Shown: positions 8,532 through 17,811 of the stretch, one piece after another
Layout of the letters: the number at the start of each line of letters is the position of its first letter
Position numbering within the stretch: position 1 is the stretch's first letter
Source: an uncultured delta proteobacterium
Lineage (GTDB): Bacteria; Desulfobacterota; Binatia; Binatales; Binataceae
Assembly: GCA_963808235.1 (NCBI GenBank)
Contig: CAWEEQ010000004.1
Location: forward strand, 1,600,001-1,664,000
Reading direction: 5' to 3'
DNA length: 64,000 nt
Position numbers and translations under genes: made by a program
The notes under the pieces: generated by a model
Databases searched by the model: none
What the model saw: the letters and a program-made list of their open reading frames with translations, nothing else
What the model was told of the DNA's origin: nothing

Positions 8532-9184
8532 GCCGCAACTCGCTTAAACTCGCCCAACGCATCGAGGTTGGCAGCCCATGTTCTGGCCTGATGGATGGTT
8601 GCCGATACGTTAGATAACTGTGGATGTTCGCGCCAGCTGAATTGATCAGGCAACCCGATTTGTGAAGCGATCGCGCGCCTGAACAACTGACTACCAAACT
8701 CACCGTGGCTAGCAATGCGTCCTAATCCGATCGGTTGTTCAAGATACAGGTAGTCATCGCCCCTGCTATGAGCAGTCTGGCATTCGGCAAGAGAGGCGGG
8801 AGACCAACGGACATCTTTCGGCAAGAATGGCTGAACGGCAGGAAGCAGATCGAACTTCAACGCGACAATGTGCAAGTGCGCATGATCCACTCCACAGCCT
8901 ATCAAGGAATTAGCCTTGCTTGGACCGTGTTCGAAGGCGCAAACCGAGGAGTAGGTTCGCGTCATCTGCGAGACCAGCGCATTCTTTACGTGTTTCGCCT
9001 CGGCGATCAGATCGCTGTCTAACGCACCCAACGAAACAGCATGCTTCTTCGGCAAAACGAGCAACCAACTTTCAACGAGCGCCCCGAGTGACGGTAACAC
9101 AAGAAAATTGGCTGACTCGAAGAGCGGCTCGTTCCAAAACTCGGGCTGTTTCGAGGAAAGATCAATACATATTTTGCATGCCAT
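8528..9184 (-). CDS. HIT (histidine triad) family nucleotide hydrolase
   Basis: N-terminal CKIC, LPSLGALV..WLLVLPKKH, FEHG, GCGVDHAHLH triad; strong GGAGGAAGGAGG RBS. Confidence 0.85.
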   Translation of the reverse strand: MACKICIDLSSKQPEFWNEPLFESANFLVLPSLGALVESWLLVLPKKHAVSLGALDSDLIAEAKHVKNALVSQMTRTYSSVCAFEHGPSKANSLIGCGVDHAHLHIVALKFDLLPAVQPFLPKDVRWSPASLAECQTAHSRGDDYLYLEQPIGLGRIASHGEFGSQLFRRAIASQIGLPDQFSWREHPQLSNVSATIHQARTWAANLDALGEFKRVAA

Positions 9185-9215
9185 TGTTTTCGTCCTCCTT
9201 CCTCCTGCCGACCTG

Positions 9216-9243
9216 ATTTTAGGACAGAACTACCTATTTTCAA
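9216..9243 (-). promoter_or_regulatory. Putative sigma70 promoter of the four-gene operon
   Basis: Minus strand TTGAAA-N16-TAAAAT; ACAAAA-N6-TTTTGT inverted repeat at 9259..9276 just upstream. Confidence 0.5.
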
Positions 9244-9349
9244 AGGCCCCTGCGGACAACAAAATTTATGTTTTGTCTAGGGGAGCCCTTTAGGCGGGAG
9301 CGGCCGATTGGCGCTGGGCAACGGGCGTGATTCTCGCCCGTCGGCCCGC

Positions 9350-10120
9350 ACCCTCACCTACCCCCGTCGCTCTGCGACGAGGCCTCCTCTCCCGTAACCT
9401 AACGGGCGAGGTGACAAACCGAAGCCCGGAATGCGGCGCAACAGACAATCGCGCCGGAAAATGTCCCCCACCCTCACCCTCCCCCGACGAACGTGGGAGG
9501 GAATTTGACGAGGGCCCAAATAAAAAGGAGCATCGCTTCGCGGAGATCCTTCGACTTCGCTCAGGATGACAGAAGAAGGCGATCCGCATGGAGGAGAAAC
9601 TGTGTGGGCGAGGGAACCAGCACTCTCCGCCCCTAAACTTCTAACAGGCGCGCCGCGCCGCATCCGATTTTTTTCTCCCACCAGAGGAAGCGCGAAACCC
9701 ACTATGGGTTTCGCATGTCCGGGTCCCGCATCTCTTCTCTTGGCCTCCCCCCAGTCACACTTCAGGCGCGCAGCGCCGCATCCTGTCTTTGTTTAGACGA
9801 ACGGGAAGGTGTGAAAAACGAAACCCGTACGGGGTTTCGTGATTGCTTCGTCCTGCGCGCGCGATACTCGATGGGTGTGTCAAGGTTAACCTTGACACAC
9901 ACGCTCCACTTCTGACCCGTGCGTAGGGCCCGAATCGTGTCTCGTATGGACAGACGGGAAGCAGTGAAAAACGAAAGCAGCGGCCATCGCTCCACGCACC
10001 CGAGGTTCGGCACCCAAGCACGAAACACGGCCGCTTGTTGAAAGTTCTAACAGGCGCAGCGCCGCATCCTGTTTTTGTTTAGACGCAAGGGGAAGCGTGA
10101 AACCTGCGTGAGGTTTCACA
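9350..10120. repeat. Cluster of REP/MITE-like repeats, right flank of island
   Basis: CCCTCACC-type hairpins 9350-9413 and 9470-9502; TGTCATCCTGAGCGAAG copy on minus strand 9541-9571; three copies of the CAGGCGC..GCCGCATCC..GAAACC..GGTTTC element (9634, 9759, 10041). Confidence 0.75.
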
Positions 10121-10166
10121 TATTCTCTCCCGCTTCCCTTTTGCGCACGCGCGATGCGCGCGACGG

Positions 10167-11537
10167 TCACGCGGCGGCGGGCACCCAGTTGCCGTGGAAG
10201 CCCCAGGGCACTCGATGCTGCAATTTCACGCGTGCTACTGGCTTGCGCGCGAAGTCTTGCGCGTCGAGGACGACCATCTCGCTGCGATTCTGATGCTCGT
10301 CGTACCAGACTGCCAGGATCCATCCGTCGTCTTCGGCGGATTTTGCGGCGCGCGGCACGAACACCGGCTCTCCGGGCATAAAGCCTGCCCCCAGCGCGTG
10401 CGTTTCGAGCTTGTTGGTCTGATAGTCGCGCTTCAGGATCGCATTGAAGGGAGCGTCGGTGTCGAGCGACGAATGTTTCCCGCCGACGAAGTATCCGTAG
10501 CGATGCTTCCTTCCGGCGAGTCGTTCGTCGAGCCGCGGAAACTCGTTGCTGACCTCGTCAATCTGGTTCTGCTTGAGCGAGCCGTCGCGCAAGTTCAGGT
10601 TCCATCGCCACGGCAGCGGCGGATTTCCGCCAAACGTGTTGCCGGTCATGTCGAGCGCCGCCATCCGGCATCCATCGACAATCAGCGATCCGTTTTCCTC
10701 GTACGCATTGAGAAAATGAAACACGTAGAACGCTTCGTCCTGGAACCATTTCACCTCACCGGTCGCGCGATTCATCGCGCCGATTTTGGTCCCATGCTGC
10801 GGCTCCCACATCACGAGCGGCTTTCCCTGCGATGCGTTCTCGATACGGAACACTGACGGACAGACAAAAAAGATCGCGTAGTTATCGGTCGCGATAAAAT
10901 CATGCATCATCGCCGGCAGTCCGGTGTCGATCGCGCGCGACTCGATCATCGTTCCGTCGCGCCCGGCTCGATACCACGTCACGTACGGCGGCATCGCCGA
11001 GTACCCGAAGAACAGAATGTCGCCGGTCGCCGCATCGAACTTCGGATGCGCCGTCATGGGCCCGTTCAGTTTCCCGCCGAAGTCGAACAGGCCGATCGTC
11101 TCGAGCGTCTCGGGCTTCAGCTCATGCGGCAGCCCCGCCTCCCACAGCGCGAGCATCCGATTCGCATAGCCGATGATGTTGGTATTCGCCGCGTTCTTGA
11201 ACGGCGGGATGTTCGGCGGCAACTCGCGCGGCTGCTCGATCAACCCGCCGTAAAGCGCCCGCCCCACTTTCATCTCCGCCTTCAACCCGTCCGTCCGCAC
11301 GTAGCGATTGCGATACGCCGCGCGCCCGTCGCGCAGCATGAACGCATGCACCATCCCGTCCCCGTCGAACCAGTGATACCGCCCCGGCGGATTGAAATGC
11401 GGATTCGGCCCGATTCGATACAGCGCACCGTTGAGTTCACGCGGCAGCTCGCCCTCGATCTCGAGATCATAGGCGTCGCCCTCTTCGCGCCACGGCGCAT
11501 AGTTTCCGCTCAGGAATGGGTTGGTCGAGTCGTACAT
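10167..11537 (-). CDS. Carotenoid oxygenase / lignostilbene dioxygenase family (RPE65-like)
   Basis: GPNP..HWFDGDGMVH, TAHPK, MMHDF, VFHFLNAYE, EPVFVPR, GFHGNW; all four Fe-binding His present. Confidence 0.93.
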   Translation of the reverse strand: MYDSTNPFLSGNYAPWREEGDAYDLEIEGELPRELNGALYRIGPNPHFNPPGRYHWFDGDGMVHAFMLRDGRAAYRNRYVRTDGLKAEMKVGRALYGGLIEQPRELPPNIPPFKNAANTNIIGYANRMLALWEAGLPHELKPETLETIGLFDFGGKLNGPMTAHPKFDAATGDILFFGYSAMPPYVTWYRAGRDGTMIESRAIDTGLPAMMHDFIATDNYAIFFVCPSVFRIENASQGKPLVMWEPQHGTKIGAMNRATGEVKWFQDEAFYVFHFLNAYEENGSLIVDGCRMAALDMTGNTFGGNPPLPWRWNLNLRDGSLKQNQIDEVSNEFPRLDERLAGRKHRYGYFVGGKHSSLDTDAPFNAILKRDYQTNKLETHALGAGFMPGEPVFVPRAAKSAEDDGWILAVWYDEHQNRSEMVVLDAQDFARKPVARVKLQHRVPWGFHGNWVPAAA

Positions 11538-11671
11538 TGAAAAACCTCCGGGGTCGCTATATAGTAGAATACACTATTATTGTAATACTTGACTAGACGA
11601 GTCAACCGGTGCCGGTGCGCAATCGGAACGCTGCATTGCGAACTTTCTGACGGCGACTTACGATCTTCGTC

Positions 11672-12205
11672 ATGCTCGCCGATGCGCTTTGGTTCGGGGC
11701 CGGATTGTTTGCGTGGACGTTTGTCGAGTACCTGATTCATGGGGTGCTCGGGCATGCGCATCGGACGGTCGTCAGCCGGATGCACTGGGTGCATCATAGC
11801 GATCCTAGTGCGGTGTTTGCACTGGGGGCATGGATTCCGGTGACAGTGGTGCTGGTCGGCGGGTGGGTGATTTGGGGGGCGGCGCCATCGGTGATCTTGT
11901 TCGGTGGGGTGGCGGCGGGATTTGCCGGTTACGAGTTGATTCATTACCGGATTCATTTTGCGCGGCCGGCTTGCGCGCTGGAAGAGCGGCTGCGGGCGCG
12001 GCATCTGGCGCATCATTTTGCACAGCCCGATGCGATCTTCGGGGTGACCTCGCGGTTTTGGGATGTGGTATTCGGGACCGAGCCTGAAGCGTCGCGCATG
12101 CGGGAGCTGGCGGAGGCTGGTTCCGCGATCGCGCCGCACGAAGGTGCGAGCAATCTTGACCGGATGATTGGCCGGGTGATCGGCCGGAGCATCCCAGCCC
12201 GTTGA
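11672..12205 (+). CDS. Fatty acid hydroxylase / sterol desaturase family membrane protein
   Basis: EYLIHG..H, HWVHH, YELIHYRIH, HLAHH His boxes; FGVTSRFWD. Confidence 0.85.
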   Translation: MLADALWFGAGLFAWTFVEYLIHGVLGHAHRTVVSRMHWVHHSDPSAVFALGAWIPVTVVLVGGWVIWGAAPSVILFGGVAAGFAGYELIHYRIHFARPACALEERLRARHLAHHFAQPDAIFGVTSRFWDVVFGTEPEASRMRELAEAGSAIAPHEGASNLDRMIGRVIGRSIPAR

Positions 12206-12208
12206 CAC

Positions 12209-12227
12209 ATAGCTCAAGTCGAGCTAT
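12209..12227. promoter_or_regulatory. Palindromic operator candidate next to a TTGACA -35 box upstream of padR
   Basis: ATAGCTC-N5-GAGCTAT directly after TTGACA (12202..12207). Confidence 0.5.
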
Positions 12228-12240
12228 TGGCTTGATAGGT

Positions 12241-12936
12241 ATGACTCAGGGATCGATCAGGACGCGGACGGCGCCGCTGTTCGCGGGCGGAGCGGCGTTC
12301 GAGATCGAGCAGACGCCGCCGCGGATGGATGTGAAGTTTCCGATCCTGGGGTTTTTGAAGGAGGCGGAAGCGACCGGCTACGATCTGAAGAATCGTTTTC
12401 AGGATCCGGTCGGGTTCTTTTACCGGGTCAGTGACGGATCGATCTATCCGGCGCTCAAGAAGCTTGCGCGCGACGGGCTGGTTACGCTGCGGAGCGAACG
12501 CAACGGGCGCCGGACGCGGAAGGTATATGCAATCACGGCCAGGGGCCGGGAGCATTTTGGACGCATGCTGCGCGAGCCGGCGCAGCCCCTGTTCGTCTTC
12601 GACGAATCGCAGGTGAAGATCTATTTCGCGGACCAGGAACCGGAGATTGCGCTTGAGCATATGGAGCGCTCGCGCCGCGACGATGAAATGCGGACCGCGA
12701 TCCTGGCGCGGATGGTCGGCGATATGCGCCGCGTCGGGGTGAGCCCGGTGCGAATAGTCACGGCCGAACTCGGACGAGCTATCACGAAGGCGAAGGCGCG
12801 CGTGCTGGCCAGGCTTTGCGCGCAATTGAAACGCGAACTACAAGGGAAGCGCCGCGCGAAATCGCCGCTCAAACCGCGCGCTATGGCGACCGTCGGTGTG
12901 GCGGGGAAAATCAATCGGAGCCGGCTCACAGGATAA
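12241..12936 (+). CDS. PadR family transcriptional regulator (alternative start 12325)
   Basis: ILGFL..TGYDLK..GSIYPALKKL..RKVYAITARG. Confidence 0.88.
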   Translation: MTQGSIRTRTAPLFAGGAAFEIEQTPPRMDVKFPILGFLKEAEATGYDLKNRFQDPVGFFYRVSDGSIYPALKKLARDGLVTLRSERNGRRTRKVYAITARGREHFGRMLREPAQPLFVFDESQVKIYFADQEPEIALEHMERSRRDDEMRTAILARMVGDMRRVGVSPVRIVTAELGRAITKAKARVLARLCAQLKRELQGKRRAKSPLKPRAMATVGVAGKINRSRLTG

Positions 12937-12942
12937 AGGGTT

Positions 12943-13668
<726 letters not shown>

Positions 13669-13702
13669 CGGGAGAGAAGAGGAGAAAGAGAATAGAGGAA
13701 AC

Positions 13703-13783
13703 CGAAACCTCACGCAGGTTTCAGACTTCCCGTGGCGGGAGAAAAAGATCAGGATGCGGCGCGGAGCGCCGGTTAGAAGTTTT
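13703..13783 (-). repeat. Dispersed ~80-bp MITE/REPIN-like element
   Basis: Minus strand AAACTTCTAACCGGCGC..GCCGCATCC..GGGAAG..GAAACCTGCGTGAGGTTTC; hairpin identical to the copy at 10041..10120. Confidence 0.7.
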
Positions 13784-13897
13784 ATGAGTGAGGAGAGATC
13801 TTGCCTCTCCCGCGGGTGGCGATTGTCGCCAGCTGCATGCCGGGAGAGGCGATTTGGAAAGGACTTGGCGCGCTGAGCAGTAGGTAGTGACTGAGTC

Positions 13898-15037
13898 ATG
13901 AAGTACTTTGCGTTGGTCTTTAAGAATTTGCTGCGGAGTAAGCGGCGCACCTTTTTGACGGTGGTTTCGATTGCGGTTTCGCTGTTTATTTTTTCGGCGC
14001 TGGTCAGTATGCCTACCGTGGCCAATCAGATACTTGGCGATAGCGTGTCGTCGACCCGGATTGCCACTCACAACAAGGCCGGCCTGGCCTATTCTATTCC
14101 GGTTGCTTACAAGCAGAAGATCGTGATCGTGCCGCATGTCGAAGCGGCGATGGCGCAGAGCTGGTTCGGCGGAATTCTGCATGATGTGAACGATCAGTTT
14201 CCGAACTTCGCGGTCGATCACGAAGTCGTGGACAAGGTTTATTCCGATTGGAATATCTCGCCGGAGTCGGTCGCGCAGTTCAAAAAGATTCGCACCGCGT
14301 GCCTGGTCGGGAGCGAGACGATGAAGCGTTTCAATCTTCATGTCGGCCAGCAGATCGTGCTCAAGGGTGGAATCTATCCGTTCAACGTCACGCTCAATAT
14401 CGTCGGGACGATCGGAGGCAAGGCGCCGCCGAATTTCCTGATTTTCCGCCGCGACTACCTGGAAGAGGCGGCCGGACGGCCGGGCTTCGTCGATGTGATC
14501 TGGGTCAAAGTCGACACGGCGAGCAACGTGCCGCAGGTGATCGCCGCTATAGATGAAGGTTTCGCCAACTCGTCGGCGGAGACGGTGTCGGAATCGGAAT
14601 CGGCGTTTATCGGCGGCTTTCTGCAGATGTATCGGACCTTCTTCAGGATGGCGGAAATTCTGGGCTTCATAGTCGTGATGACTATAGGACTGGTTGCGGC
14701 GAACACGGCGGCGATGTCGATTCGCGAGCGGCGCGGCGAAATCGCGGTGATGAGATCGATTGGGTTCAGGTCGCGGACGATTCTGGCGCTGCTGCTTTCG
14801 GAGTCGCTGCTAATAGGACTTATCGGCGGCTTGATTGGATGCGGCGCGGCGTTTTTCGTGCTCAAGATTTTTTCGATTGGCAATGTCGGCGGGCCGCTCG
14901 GAACGATCAGCATGCCGCCGGTGGTGCTGGCGGAGACGCTGGTGATGGCGGCGTTGATTGGGCTGTTCAGCGCGCTGGTGCCGGCGAGTTCGGCTGCGCG
15001 CAGGAATATTGTGGATGCGTTGAGAACGGTCGCGTGA
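13898..15037 (+). CDS. ABC transporter permease (MacB/FtsX family), copy 1
   Basis: KNLLRSKRRTFLT; periplasmic domain; SIRERRGEIAVMRSIGF. Confidence 0.93.
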   Translation: MKYFALVFKNLLRSKRRTFLTVVSIAVSLFIFSALVSMPTVANQILGDSVSSTRIATHNKAGLAYSIPVAYKQKIVIVPHVEAAMAQSWFGGILHDVNDQFPNFAVDHEVVDKVYSDWNISPESVAQFKKIRTACLVGSETMKRFNLHVGQQIVLKGGIYPFNVTLNIVGTIGGKAPPNFLIFRRDYLEEAAGRPGFVDVIWVKVDTASNVPQVIAAIDEGFANSSAETVSESESAFIGGFLQMYRTFFRMAEILGFIVVMTIGLVAANTAAMSIRERRGEIAVMRSIGFRSRTILALLLSESLLIGLIGGLIGCGAAFFVLKIFSIGNVGGPLGTISMPPVVLAETLVMAALIGLFSALVPASSAARRNIVDALRTVA

Positions 15038-15042
15038 GTCGA

Positions 15043-15109
15043 GATGGCATTGAGCTCGATGTTTGCGCCCTCACCCGACGCGGCGTCGGCCTCTCCCGAA
15101 GGGAGAGGC
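15043..15109. repeat. 67-bp intergenic direct repeat (REP-like), copy 1
   Basis: Identical to 16417..16483. Confidence 0.9.
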
Positions 15110-15154
15110 AGGATCGGACTGGAATCGGAAGCGGCAGAGGTTAGTGAGTAAGTC

Positions 15155-16294
15155 GTGAAGTACTTTGCGCTGGTGTTCAAGAATTTGATGCGGAGTAAGC
15201 GGCGGACCTTTTTGACCGTGGTTTCGATTGCGGTGTCGCTGTTTATTTTTTCGGCGCTGGTCAGCATCCCGACTGTGGCTAACGAGATACTCGGTGATAC
15301 TGCGTCGTCGACCCGGATTGCGACGCATAACAAGGCCGGGCTCAGTTACAATATCCCGATTGCATACAAGCAGCGGGTCGCTACGACTCCGCATGTCGAG
15401 GCGGTGGTCGCGGAGAGCTGGTTTGGCGGGGTCTATCACGAGGTTTACGATCAGTTTCCCAACCTGGCGGTCGATTCGGAGCAGATCGATATAATGTGGC
15501 CGGATTGGGGAATCAGCAAAGAGCAGTTCGATCAGTTCAAGAAAATTCGCACCGCGTGCCTGGTGGGCGGCGGAACGATGAAGCGCTTCAACCTGCATCT
15601 GGGGCAGCAGATTCAGCTCAAAGGTACCGCGTATCCGTTCAACGTGACGCTGACGATCGTCGGCAGGATCGGCGGCAAGGCGCCGCCCGACTTCCTGTTG
15701 TTCCGGCGCGACTACCTTGAAGAGGCGGCCGGGCGGCCCGGTTTCGTGGGCAACATGTGGGTCCGGGTCGACAAGCCGGAGAATGTGCCCCAGGTGATCG
15801 CGGCGATTGACGAAGGCTTCGCCAACTCGTCCTACGAAACGCTGTCGGAATCCGAAGCGGCGTTTCTCGGCAACTTCATGCAGATGTATCGGACCTTCTT
15901 CAAGATCGCCGAGCTGCTGGGTTTTATCGTGGTGCTGACGATCGGACTGGTCGCGGCGAATACGGCGGCGATGTCGATTCGAGAGCGGCGCGGCGAAATC
16001 GCGGTGATGAGATCGATCGGATTCAGGGCGCGCACGATTCTCGCGCTGCTGCTCGCGGAGTCACTGCTGATTGGGCTTAGCGGCGGGCTTATCGGATGCG
16101 GGACGGCATTTGTCGTGCTCAAGGTTTTTGCGGTCGGCAATCTGGGCGGACCGCTCGGATCGATCAGCATGCCGCCGCTGGTGCTGGTCGAGGCGCTGGT
16201 CGTGGCGGTGTTGATTGGGATCTTCAGCGCGCTGGTGCCGGCGAGTTCGGCGGCGCGGAGGAATATTGTGGATGCGTTGAGGACGGTGGCTTAG
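15155..16294 (+). CDS. ABC transporter permease (MacB/FtsX family), copy 2
   Basis: 379 aa, colinear close paralog of 13898..15037. Confidence 0.93.
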   Translation: MKYFALVFKNLMRSKRRTFLTVVSIAVSLFIFSALVSIPTVANEILGDTASSTRIATHNKAGLSYNIPIAYKQRVATTPHVEAVVAESWFGGVYHEVYDQFPNLAVDSEQIDIMWPDWGISKEQFDQFKKIRTACLVGGGTMKRFNLHLGQQIQLKGTAYPFNVTLTIVGRIGGKAPPDFLLFRRDYLEEAAGRPGFVGNMWVRVDKPENVPQVIAAIDEGFANSSYETLSESEAAFLGNFMQMYRTFFKIAELLGFIVVLTIGLVAANTAAMSIRERRGEIAVMRSIGFRARTILALLLAESLLIGLSGGLIGCGTAFVVLKVFAVGNLGGPLGSISMPPLVLVEALVVAVLIGIFSALVPASSAARRNIVDALRTVA

Positions 16295-16416
16295 TTTTTT
16301 CAGTGAACGTGCAGGAGGCGTGCGTGGTTACGTCAATACAAGGAGAGTGCACACCGCTGGGCGTGAAACCTCACCCTAACCCTCTCCTTGGAACGGAGAG
16401 GAAAAATAGAGTCGAG

Positions 16417-16483
16417 GATGGCATTGAGCTCGATGTTTGCGCCCTCACCCGACGCGGCGTCGGCCTCTCCCGAAGGGAGAGGC
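16417..16483. repeat. 67-bp intergenic direct repeat (REP-like), copy 2
   Basis: Identical to 15043..15109. Confidence 0.9.
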
Positions 16484-16496
16484 GTAGGAATTAGAG

Positions 16497-17660
16497 ATGG
16501 CTATTCCGATTAAATATAATGTGCGCTCCTTGCTGGTGCGGCGGATCTCTACTGCCATGACTGGCGGGGGGATTGCGCTGGTCGTGGCGGTGTTTGTGAT
16601 CGTGATGGCGCTGGTGGCGGGGCTTAACTCGGCGATTTCAGATACGGGGGATCCCGACAACCTGATCGTGTTGCGCAAGGGTGCAACCACGGAGACTTAC
16701 TCGGCGGTCCAGATCGATCAGTTCGACGCTCTTAAATTTCTGCCCCAGATCCGGCGCGAGCCCGACGGCTCGGCCGATGCGTCGCCGGAGCTGCCGGTGC
16801 AGGCGCTGATGGAACGTATCGGCGGCGGACGCGACAATATAGTGATTCGAGGAGTGCTGCCGGTCGCGCTGAAAGTGCATCAGAAAGTGCACATCGTGGA
16901 AGGCCGGATGTTCAATCCCTCGGTCAATGAAGTTGTGGTCGGCAAGGGCCTGACGGGTCATTACAAGAACATGGAGATCGGCTCGACGCTTCATTTCGGG
17001 CGCGGCAACTGGAAGGTGGTCGGAATCATGGCGGCCGACGGCGGATCGTTCGAGTCGGAAGTCTGGGGCGATATTCATAATGTGCAGGACGATGCGCAAC
17101 GCGGCGCCTACTATGCCGACGCGCGCTTGAAACTGGCGCCCGGCGCCGACGCGCAGGCGCTGATTCATCGGTTGGCCGACGATCCGCGGATAAATCTGCA
17201 AGGCGAGACCGAGTCCGAGTACTACAAGGACCAGGCGGTAGTCGCCAACCAGATGCGGATCCTCGGAATGATCGTTGCGATAATCATGGCGGTCGGTGCG
17301 ATCTTTGGCGCGATGAATACGATGTACGCGGCAGTCTCCTCGCGGACCACGGAAATCGGCACCTTGCGCGCGCTCGGGTTCGCGCCGCTGGCGGTGATGA
17401 CGTCGTTCCTGCTCGAGTCGCTGGTGCTGGCTCTGGCGGCGGGTGTGGTCGGGATCATCCTGGCGATGCCGATCAACGGGCTGTCGACCACGTTCGGCAA
17501 CTTCGTGACCTTCTCGACGCTCGCGTTCAGCTTTCACGTGACGTTCGCGATTGTGATCGAGGCGATGATATTCGCGGCGGTGATGGGCGTGGTTGGCGGA
17601 TGGCTGCCGGCGCGGCAGGCGATGAAGATGGCGGTGGTGGATGCATTGAGGAGTGTATGA
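16497..17660 (+). CDS. ABC transporter permease (MacB/FtsX family), partner subunit
   Basis: NTMYAAVSSRTTEIGTLRALGF. Confidence 0.93.
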   Translation: MAIPIKYNVRSLLVRRISTAMTGGGIALVVAVFVIVMALVAGLNSAISDTGDPDNLIVLRKGATTETYSAVQIDQFDALKFLPQIRREPDGSADASPELPVQALMERIGGGRDNIVIRGVLPVALKVHQKVHIVEGRMFNPSVNEVVVGKGLTGHYKNMEIGSTLHFGRGNWKVVGIMAADGGSFESEVWGDIHNVQDDAQRGAYYADARLKLAPGADAQALIHRLADDPRINLQGETESEYYKDQAVVANQMRILGMIVAIIMAVGAIFGAMNTMYAAVSSRTTEIGTLRALGFAPLAVMTSFLLESLVLALAAGVVGIILAMPINGLSTTFGNFVTFSTLAFSFHVTFAIVIEAMIFAAVMGVVGGWLPARQAMKMAVVDALRSV

Positions 17661-17811
17661 GGGTTGTAAGTAATGATCTAACTACTTGGACCGAGTAACC
17701 TAACCCCTAGCCCCTTCCCTTGAGGGAATCGCCCCCGGCGCGTGGGGAACAAGTGATCTAGCCAAGCGATCCAACTAAACGAATTTTGATAACGATCTAA
17801 CTATACGAACT

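Noticed and set aside
3624-10120. Repeat clusters as a CRISPR array or integron attC cassettes
   Set aside because: No regularly spaced identical repeats with unique spacers, no cas or intI gene, no RYYYAAC/GTTRRRY pairing after each gene
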